A stretch of DNA of 6,242 bases from a virus: the IMG/VR virus record IMGVR_UViG_3300008450_002950, positions 1 to 6,242 of that record; one strand, 5' to 3'. The translations under genes and the position numbers were made by a program. Of this stretch, positions 1 to 4,824 are shown one piece after another. The notes beneath the pieces are model-generated. The model was not told where the DNA came from, ran no database searches, and saw only the letters and a program-made list of their open reading frames with translations. Positions within the stretch are counted from its first letter, which is position 1; every line of letters begins with the position of its first letter.

Positions 1-114
1 AAGTCATCATGGCTTTAAGAATTATAGAGGGGGCAATATCGCCTAAAAGTAAGCCGGGGAGCTGTTGGCAAGTAGGCCATCACCACCTCCTGTATACAAT
101 ATTTAGGGTACCGT

Positions 115-147
115 AGTTAGGCTAGTTAAGTCAGTTAAGCAGTTAGG
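115..147. repeat. Four tandem degenerate heptamers AGTTARG (iteron-like), spaced 9, 9 and 8 nt apart
   Basis: Read directly: AGTTAGG 115-121, AGTTAAG 124-130, AGTTAAG 133-139, AGTTAGG 141-147. Related copies are AGTTACC at 220-226 and TAGTTAAGG at 661-669, on the other side of the HxlR gene. The region is non-coding, with no ORF of useful length. Confidence 0.7.
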
Positions 148-158
148 AGGCGGGGGTA

Positions 159-169
159 TAGTTTAACTA
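159..169. promoter_or_regulatory. 11-bp palindrome TAGTTTAACTA, candidate operator half-site pair
   Basis: TAGTT (159-163) and AACTA (165-169) are reverse complements around T164. A near-identical perfect palindrome, AGTTTAAACT, occurs at 774-783. Confidence 0.4.
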
Positions 170-172
170 GAA

Positions 173-188
173 AGTACCCGGGGGTACT
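173..188. repeat. Near-perfect 16-bp inverted repeat AGTACCCGGGGGTACT
   Basis: AGTACC (173-178) is the reverse complement of GGTACT (183-188), with a CGGG centre. It belongs to a cluster of GTAC-core motifs: GGGTACC 106-112, GGTACT 183-188, 202-207 and 241-246. Confidence 0.65.
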
Positions 189-211
189 ATTTACTGTATT
201 AGGTACTATTT
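183..211. repeat. Direct repeat GGTACTATTT, two copies 19 nt apart
   Basis: Identical 10-mers at 183-192 and 202-211. CTGTAT hexamers also recur at 90-95, 194-199 and 251-256, and TGTATACA at 91-98 is a perfect 8-bp palindrome. Confidence 0.65.
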
Positions 212-280
212 GGTCACTTAGTTACCTGAAAGTAATCATGGGTACTCTGTCTGTATAAGATTACCTTGGGTCCGTTCTAA

Positions 281-616
281 ATGATAACCAAGGAAATACA
301 TGATATAATAAAATTTAAAAGATCTATCCTGCACAATAAGTGGGGCATAGAGTGTATTATTACCCTTGGAGACGGGGATCCCCTTAGATTTAATGAGATC
401 CATGATAACCTACCCGGCTGCTCAGCCAAAGTATTAACCCAGGCATTAAAGAAGCTAGAAGCCCAGCATTTACTAGTTAGAACGTCTTATAACGAGATAC
501 CCCCAAGAGTTACCTACAAACTGTCTAATAACGGACTCTTAGTTCTTAAGTATGTAGAGGACTCTATACAGTTTTTTCGTGAGGCATTTATGCTCTACAA
601 TAAGTATGAAATTTAG
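281..616 (+). CDS. HxlR-family winged-helix transcriptional regulator
   Basis: 111-aa ORF. The stretch KWGIECIITLGDGDPLRFNEIHDNLPGCSAKVLTQALKKLEAQHLLVRTSYNEIPPRVTYKLSNNG matches the remembered HxlR/DUF24 signature (KW..I..L..G..RFnEl...lpgiS.kvLtq.Lk.Le..gl..R..y.e.PPRVeY.Lt..G). Confidence 0.85.
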   Translation: MITKEIHDIIKFKRSILHNKWGIECIITLGDGDPLRFNEIHDNLPGCSAKVLTQALKKLEAQHLLVRTSYNEIPPRVTYKLSNNGLLVLKYVEDSIQFFREAFMLYNKYEI

Positions 617-773
617 TGATTCACCAACTTCTACATTATTTGTTACTAAACGGTAACTTGTAGTTAAGGCACTGCACAAACTAAACCACCTCTTACTGCG
701 TTATCTTTGTCGCTTTTTCACATCTGTTGAAAAGTCAGTAACTAATATGTAGAACTATGAAGTAAATTTGGAG

Positions 774-783
774 AGTTTAAACT
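774..783. promoter_or_regulatory. Perfect 10-bp palindrome AGTTTAAACT upstream of ORF 827, candidate operator
   Basis: AGTTTAAACT is its own reverse complement. It sits 3 nt downstream of TAAATTTG (763-770), which fits the Bacteroidota -7 promoter consensus TAnnTTTG. No correctly spaced -33 TTG was found, so the promoter call itself is weak. Confidence 0.35.
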
Positions 784-826
784 TTTTAGGTATATTATAG
801 TGTAGACCTAATCAAAAACCGACCTT

Positions 827-1117
827 ATGATACACACCTGTAACATCCACTGCCATACTATGGACCTGGACAAGGCAGACCTTATGGGAATCCAGGATAA
901 GGGTAAATGGTTACCCTTTGCATTTCATCTAGATATTGTTATTGCCTGTAAACTTACTACTGATGATGAGGAAGAGATTGTTAGTGGATGCACTACTGTC
1001 TTTACTGATCACGGGGATACTTATATCATAGATACACCTTATACAGAGTTTCAAACAATCTTTCAGTTATATAACGCAGACCCTGATCCAGGAAAGTCTG
1101 AGGATCTTAATTTTTAA
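827..1117 (+). CDS. Hypothetical small acidic protein (96 aa)
   Basis: The ORF follows a 210-nt intergenic region and is Asp/Glu-rich (TTDDEEEIV, NADPDPGKSEDL). No family was recognised. The start is uncertain: in-frame ATGs also occur at 860 and 884. Confidence 0.55.
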   Translation: MIHTCNIHCHTMDLDKADLMGIQDKGKWLPFAFHLDIVIACKLTTDDEEEIVSGCTTVFTDHGDTYIIDTPYTEFQTIFQLYNADPDPGKSEDLNF

Positions 1118-1129
1118 AACCAACCCTAA

Positions 1130-1381
1130 ATGAGCACAGAAAACACCACAACCCAAGAAGAGCAAAAAGCTCCAACCAAAGAAGAGGTTATTTCTTTCTT
1201 TCAAGAACAAATTGAGGTAAAGAAAGTACAGCTTGAACTTCAAGAAATGAATACTGCACTTGCAGTAGCCAGAGCAGAAGAGCTCAAAGCACTTGCTTTT
1301 ATAGCTCAAATTACTAATCCACAGCAGCAAGAAGAAGAGTCTGATGAGCCCAAAGTCCGGAGTCTGAAAAAAGAAAAGTAA
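1130..1381 (+). CDS. Hypothetical acidic, probably coiled-coil protein (83 aa)
   Basis: The ORF is Glu/Gln/Lys-rich with heptad-like sequence (EQIEVKKVQLELQEMNTALAVARAEELKAL). Its TAA stop overlaps the next ATG (TAATG at 1379-1383), implying translational coupling to the GNAT gene. Confidence 0.6.
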   Translation: MSTENTTTQEEQKAPTKEEVISFFQEQIEVKKVQLELQEMNTALAVARAEELKALAFIAQITNPQQQEEESDEPKVRSLKKEK

Positions 1382-1812
1382 TGACCACGCTCTATAAGCT
1401 CAGAGACTACCGTGAAACGATGGTGTTTGAACGTGAGCATCCTAAAGAACTAAGATGGGATGAGCGGTATAAGCTATACATGCTCAATGAAAGTAAAGAG
1501 TGTCAAGGCATCTGGTTCAAAGATAAAAAGTATTTAGTGGCAGAAGCTATCATGACGTGGAGTTCAGATAACGTGATTCATATTGATAGTTTTACTGTTC
1601 ACCCTCTTCACCGAGGTCAAGGTTTAGGATACGATCTAATATCTACTGTCCTTGAATATGCAAAGGACATGAAAAAAGAGTACGTAACTGGTGAAGCAAG
1701 AAAAGGAGCATCTTGGCACATCTTTGAAAACCTAGGAGCAGTCCCCGTACTTCTACATAAAAACTGGCATAACACCGGGGAAGATTATATGAGTTTTAAA
1801 ATAGAACTGTAA
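1381..1812 (+). CDS. GNAT-family N-acetyltransferase (143 aa)
   Basis: FTVHPLHRGQGLGYDLISTVLEYA fits GNAT motif A (the Q/R-x-x-G-x-G/A acetyl-CoA pyrophosphate-binding loop after a beta strand), followed by a C-terminal F..LG motif (HIFENLGA). Size is typical of a minimal GNAT domain. TAATG coupling at both ends. Confidence 0.65.
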   Translation: MTTLYKLRDYRETMVFEREHPKELRWDERYKLYMLNESKECQGIWFKDKKYLVAEAIMTWSSDNVIHIDSFTVHPLHRGQGLGYDLISTVLEYAKDMKKEYVTGEARKGASWHIFENLGAVPVLLHKNWHNTGEDYMSFKIEL

Positions 1813-2183
1813 TGGCATTAGTTAATCAGGTGGAAAAAAGAGTAAGAATGAATACTTGGCAAGCTGTCAAGTATCAGATTCTTACGCACTGTTACCTGTA
1901 TGACATACCAGTTAGTGAAGCAGATCTGAACTGTCTTACTCTTCTTGCCATAGAAGGAGATCAAGAACTTACAAGTTTTTGTAGCAAGGCTTTTGAGAAG
2001 AAGATATTTTCTTCTACTCAATCTGTAAGAAACTGTCTTACAAAAGCTGAAAAGAAAAACTTGATTAAGAAAGAGGGAAAGAACAAGAAGAAGATATATA
2101 TCAATCCTGATATGAAAGTCAGCTCACGAGGAAACATTTTATTGGATTTTAAATTCCTCTGCGTTGCGACCCAGGAAAGCTAA
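1812..2183 (+). CDS. Hypothetical protein, possible winged-helix DNA-binding protein (123 aa)
   Basis: The ORF is coupled to the GNAT gene by TAATG. SSTQSVRNCLTKAEKKNLIKKEGKNKKKIYINP resembles a recognition helix plus wing of MarR-like wHTH proteins. This is pattern-level evidence only. Confidence 0.5.
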   Translation: MALVNQVEKRVRMNTWQAVKYQILTHCYLYDIPVSEADLNCLTLLAIEGDQELTSFCSKAFEKKIFSSTQSVRNCLTKAEKKNLIKKEGKNKKKIYINPDMKVSSRGNILLDFKFLCVATQES

Positions 2184-2583
2184 AGAGTTTATACCTGAAG
2201 TGGCACAGCAGACGGGCTTGAGTCCAGATGCTGTTGAAACTATTGTGTCATACTACTGGCAAGAAGTAAGGAAAAGTCTTAGTGCACTTAAACATTCCAG
2301 AGTGCACGTCACAAATCTTGGAGATTTTGTGATAAAGCATTGGAAGCTGGATGATAAGATACAAATGCTTGAGAAGTTTGAAGAGAACAACAAGCAAAAA
2401 GGTCTTCAGCAAATGACTGCTCGTTATAAAACAGCAGAAACGCTTTATGATCTAAGGAATCTTAAAAAAATAATGGAGGAAGAGCAACAAAGAGCTGAGT
2501 TTATAAAAATGCATAAACGAACAAGCTATGAGTCTAAAAGAAAGCGTGATCCGAATATGGAAGAGCAAGGGTCAGATACTTGA
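2164..2583 (+). CDS. HU/IHF-like DNA-binding protein (139 aa) with a probable TTG start
   Basis: KEFIPEVAQQTGLSPDAVETIVSYYWQEVRKSLSALKHSRVHVTNLGDFVIK follows the HU/IHF N-terminal pattern (..ia..tgLs..dve..v..f...i...L..g..V.l.glG.F.vk). The frame is open only from 2116 and contains no ATG or GTG before the conserved part. TTG at 2164 is the only standard start; it overlaps the upstream gene by 20 nt. Confidence 0.55.
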   Translation: MRPRKAKEFIPEVAQQTGLSPDAVETIVSYYWQEVRKSLSALKHSRVHVTNLGDFVIKHWKLDDKIQMLEKFEENNKQKGLQQMTARYKTAETLYDLRNLKKIMEEEQQRAEFIKMHKRTSYESKRKRDPNMEEQGSDT

Positions 2584-2857
2584 AGGTATCACAAACTCAA
2601 TCTTTAAGAAAGAGGATGTAGAGCAGATTGCTAAAGAAAGAATGAGCATCTGCCGGCAATGTGATTTGTTTACAGAAAAAGATGCTGGTTGTGTTGTTGC
2701 AGGAACAACTCCATGTTGTGATCAGACAAAAGGAGGATGTGGCTGCTCTCTTGCATTTAAAACCAGATCACTTTCTTCAGATTGTCCTTTAGGTAAATGG
2801 AAAGCTGAAATAACTCAGGCTGAAGAAGATTTTTTAAAAAGTAAGTTAGGCATTTGA
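2528..2857 (+). CDS. Cysteine-rich putative zinc-binding protein (109 aa)
   Basis: Nine Cys are arranged as CRQC ... C ... CC ... CGC ... CPLGKW. I recall this pattern from a conserved family of unknown function in Bacteroidota and their phages, unverified. The ATG at 2528 overlaps the upstream gene by 56 nt. An alternative ATG is in ERMSICRQC at 2642. Confidence 0.55.
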   Translation: MSLKESVIRIWKSKGQILEGITNSIFKKEDVEQIAKERMSICRQCDLFTEKDAGCVVAGTTPCCDQTKGGCGCSLAFKTRSLSSDCPLGKWKAEITQAEEDFLKSKLGI

Positions 2858-3237
2858 TTCCGCATGATTCTATACAACTAGAAGTGGTTCATTCAATCTA
2901 CAAGACCAAGACTATCTATCAAAAGATGGAAGGCGGGGATTTATTTCCAGAAAAGAAAGAAGTTCTTGTCAAACAGATTAAGGTAAAGAAATGGTTTAAG
3001 AAAGAATGTATTAGTTCTATAGAAGAGTACGTCAATAGTAAAAATAAGATTAGCAAACACAGATCCGTAGTGTTTGACAAATTCTCTGGAAGGTTCTACG
3101 CAACTTTTCATAGTCCTCAAGAAGTACTTCAAGCAATATCTACAACCCCTATGAATAACCCAATTGGATTCACCCATGATAATAACATTCACCCCTCAAC
3201 ATCACAAGTACAGCAGCATAGAACCAGACGATATTGA
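2854..3237 (+). CDS. Hypothetical protein (127 aa from TTG 2854, or 103 aa from ATG 2926)
   Basis: ORF on the same strand with lysine-rich composition similar to its neighbours. TTG at 2854 overlaps the upstream TGA (TTGA). No family was recognised. The 3' end overlaps the nuclease gene. Confidence 0.5.
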   Translation: MIPHDSIQLEVVHSIYKTKTIYQKMEGGDLFPEKKEVLVKQIKVKKWFKKECISSIEEYVNSKNKISKHRSVVFDKFSGRFYATFHSPQEVLQAISTTPMNNPIGFTHDNNIHPSTSQVQQHRTRRY

Positions 3238-4009
3238 CTGGTTAAGTGTAACGTCTTTTATATCAAACTTTAAACAGCCTCTTGAAGCAGATAAGATAGC
3301 AGAAAAATCAAGTAAGAGTAAAAAATCAAAGTGGTATGGTATGACTCCTGAGGCAATCAAGGATGCCTGGAAGTCAGAAGCAAACAGAGCCACAAGTCTT
3401 GGTACCTGGTATCACAACTGCAGAGAAAAAGATATATGTGAAGTAGAATCCATGGAACGCCATGGTGTAGTTATACCTGTTATAAAACCCATAGAAAAAG
3501 ACGGAGTTAAGTATTCTCCAAACCAGAAGCTTTCTAGTGGAGTCTATCCCGAGCATATGGTTTATTTAAAGTCTGCTGGTATTTGTGGCCAGTCAGATCT
3601 AGTAGAAGTGGTCAATGGAGAAGTACATATTACAGACTACAAGACCAATAAAGAAATTAAAGTAGAAGGATACACAAACTGGGAAGGCATAACACAAAAA
3701 ATGTTTCCTCCTGTTAGCCATCTTGATGATTGTAATCTTAATCACTACGCTTTACAGCTTAGTACTTACATGTTTATGATACTAAAGCATAATCCAAAAT
3801 TAAAGTTTGGAAGCTTGACAATACATCACATCATGTTTGAAGAAGTTGATAAAGATAAGTTTGGTAATCCCATAACTGCTCTTGACAGTAATGGTGATCC
3901 CATAGTAAAAGATATTGTACAGTATGATCTGCCTTATTTAAAACAAGAAGTTATTTCACTACTGCATTGGTTAGAAGATAATCGTCACAAGTTAAAAGCT
4001 AAACAATGA
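3176..4009 (+). CDS. PD-(D/E)xK nuclease, RecB/Cas4-like exonuclease family
   Basis: The ordered motifs are HHKY...SVTSF (N-terminal), GTWYH, GQSDLVEV (motif II Asp), HITDYKT (D-x-K, motif III) and YALQLSTY (QhxxY). Together these are the RecB-family nuclease signature. ATG at 3176 is preferred over the track's TTG at 3164. There is no Cas4-type C-terminal Cys cluster. Confidence 0.75.
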   Translation: MIITFTPQHHKYSSIEPDDIDWLSVTSFISNFKQPLEADKIAEKSSKSKKSKWYGMTPEAIKDAWKSEANRATSLGTWYHNCREKDICEVESMERHGVVIPVIKPIEKDGVKYSPNQKLSSGVYPEHMVYLKSAGICGQSDLVEVVNGEVHITDYKTNKEIKVEGYTNWEGITQKMFPPVSHLDDCNLNHYALQLSTYMFMILKHNPKLKFGSLTIHHIMFEEVDKDKFGNPITALDSNGDPIVKDIVQYDLPYLKQEVISLLHWLEDNRHKLKAKQ

Positions 4010-4224
4010 TTGTACAAACCATCCATGAAATACTTAATCCTTTTGATGTAGAAGTTCGTGAGCTTGGTCATGGTGTGGCTTTGTTTATGATAGCAGGGTC
4101 AATACATAGCAATCCTCAGTTTATTGTACGCTTTTATCACACGGGAGAACTAAGAACAGTAGACCAAAATGATATAAAGGTTTACGGAAATCCAACAGCA
4201 GGAGAAAATTTAATACCACAATGA
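4006..4224 (+). CDS. Hypothetical protein (72 aa)
   Basis: The ORF is coupled to the nuclease gene by an ATGA overlap (4006-4009). No family was recognised. Confidence 0.55.
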   Translation: MIVQTIHEILNPFDVEVRELGHGVALFMIAGSIHSNPQFIVRFYHTGELRTVDQNDIKVYGNPTAGENLIPQ

Positions 4225-4301
4225 AAAAGTTTATAAAGTTTTTAAAATGGCTAGAAGAATACCGGCTTGAACTTATGACAAGAGCAGGTAGACCCTGGTA
4301 A
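4221..4301 (+). CDS. Possible 26-aa micro-ORF (MKKFIKFLKWLEEYRLELMTRAGRPW)
   Basis: Not in the supplied ORF track because it is too short. Its ATG at 4221 overlaps the upstream TGA (ATGA), the same coupling used elsewhere in the window. It fills an otherwise unexplained 87-nt gap and ends with TAA at 4299-4301, 10 nt before the next ATG. The peptide is amphipathic-helix-like. Confidence 0.25.
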   Translation: MKKFIKFLKWLEEYRLELMTRAGRPW

Positions 4302-4311
4302 ATAAAATATT

Positions 4312-4824
4312 ATGATAAGATTATTTGATATACAGAACGGAAAGGTAACAGCAAGTGAACACTGCTATACTCTTAAGTTTCTTAAAAATATTATGGACTC
4401 ATATCCAGATGAACATTTGCGGATATATGCGTATCTGTTTTACATGACCTGCCCTAACCCTGATCTAAACCCCTTCTTTGATGTACCCGAAGCTGAGAAA
4501 GAAGAGATTATTCTTCAAGAGATTGATGCTGACTTTTCCACTGATGATGACCTTATTGTCGTTGGTCTTAGAATGTGTGAGAAACTATACCAAACTCCCA
4601 CGTACAGAGCGTACATGGGTATTAAGACAATGTTGGATAGGCTTGCGAAGTATATGGAGACCACGGAGATTGAGCACGGTAGAGACGGTAACATTACAGC
4701 ACTTGTTAATGCAGCCGCGAAGTTTGAGGCTATCCGGCAAAGTTTTAAAGGTACGCTACGAGATCTGGAAGAAGAGCAGCAGTCTCAAGTAAGAGGAGGA
4801 CAAAACTTAGCATACGACCAATGA
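4312..4824 (+). CDS. Hypothetical phage protein (170 aa)
   Basis: Long ORF with an acidic centre and a Gln/Glu-rich C-terminus, coupled by ATGA to the next gene. No family was recognised with confidence. A small-terminase role is possible from its position upstream of the TerL-like gene, but nothing in the sequence supports it. Confidence 0.65.
   Translation: MIRLFDIQNGKVTASEHCYTLKFLKNIMDSYPDEHLRIYAYLFYMTCPNPDLNPFFDVPEAEKEEIILQEIDADFSTDDDLIVVGLRMCEKLYQTPTYRAYMGIKTMLDRLAKYMETTEIEHGRDGNITALVNAAAKFEAIRQSFKGTLRDLEEEQQSQVRGGQNLAYDQ

Noticed and set aside
15-80. Minus-strand 21-aa ORF preceded by a perfect AGGAGG (complement of 86-91) five nt before its ATG
   Set aside because: It is very short and unsupported. 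It is the only SD-like context in a window whose real genes lack SD sequences, so the AGGAGG is more likely part of the CCACCTCC/GGAGGCGG inverted repeat in the non-coding leader.
3-116. + strand open frame (VIMALRIIEGAISPKSKPGSCWQVGHHHLLYTIFRVP*), possibly the 3' end of a gene starting upstream of the window, or a 35-aa ORF from ATG 9
   Set aside because: It cannot be judged without upstream sequence. The composition is not convincingly coding, and it runs into the repeat array. It is left unannotated but remains a caveat for the interpretation of the non-coding leader.
642-657. GTTAC-TAAACG-GTAAC hairpin after the HxlR stop codon, considered as a rho-independent terminator, along with the TTTTCA/TGAAAA hairpin at 715-733
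   Set aside because: The stems are only 5-6 bp and AT-rich, and neither is followed by a T-tract, so they do not look like intrinsic terminators. They may instead be protein-binding inverted repeats, as noted in the findings.
1067-1330. Minus-strand ORF (87 aa), plus the other minus-strand ORFs at 1818-2021, 2941-3192, 3202-3393, 3374-3556 and 5121-5315
   Set aside because: Each lies fully antisense to a better-supported + strand gene. Their low-complexity, Leu/Phe/Ile-rich translations are typical of shadow frames in AT-rich coding DNA, and none shows a recognisable motif or fits the operon's overlap architecture.
2464-2470. A7 run (CTT AAA AAA ATA) inside the HU-like gene, considered as a programmed frameshift site linking it to the overlapping Cys-rich ORF
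   Set aside because: The Cys-rich ORF's frame has a TAA at 2504-2506, between the A-run and its ATG, so a slip at the A-run cannot produce a fusion. The direction needed (+1) also does not suit a classic -1 heptamer.
4478-4792. Same-strand alternative-frame ORF (104 aa) nested inside ORF 4312-4824
   Set aside because: The Arg/Leu-rich composition looks like an out-of-frame artefact, with no independent start context. The host frame is longer, and its ATGA overlap with the next gene marks it as the real one.
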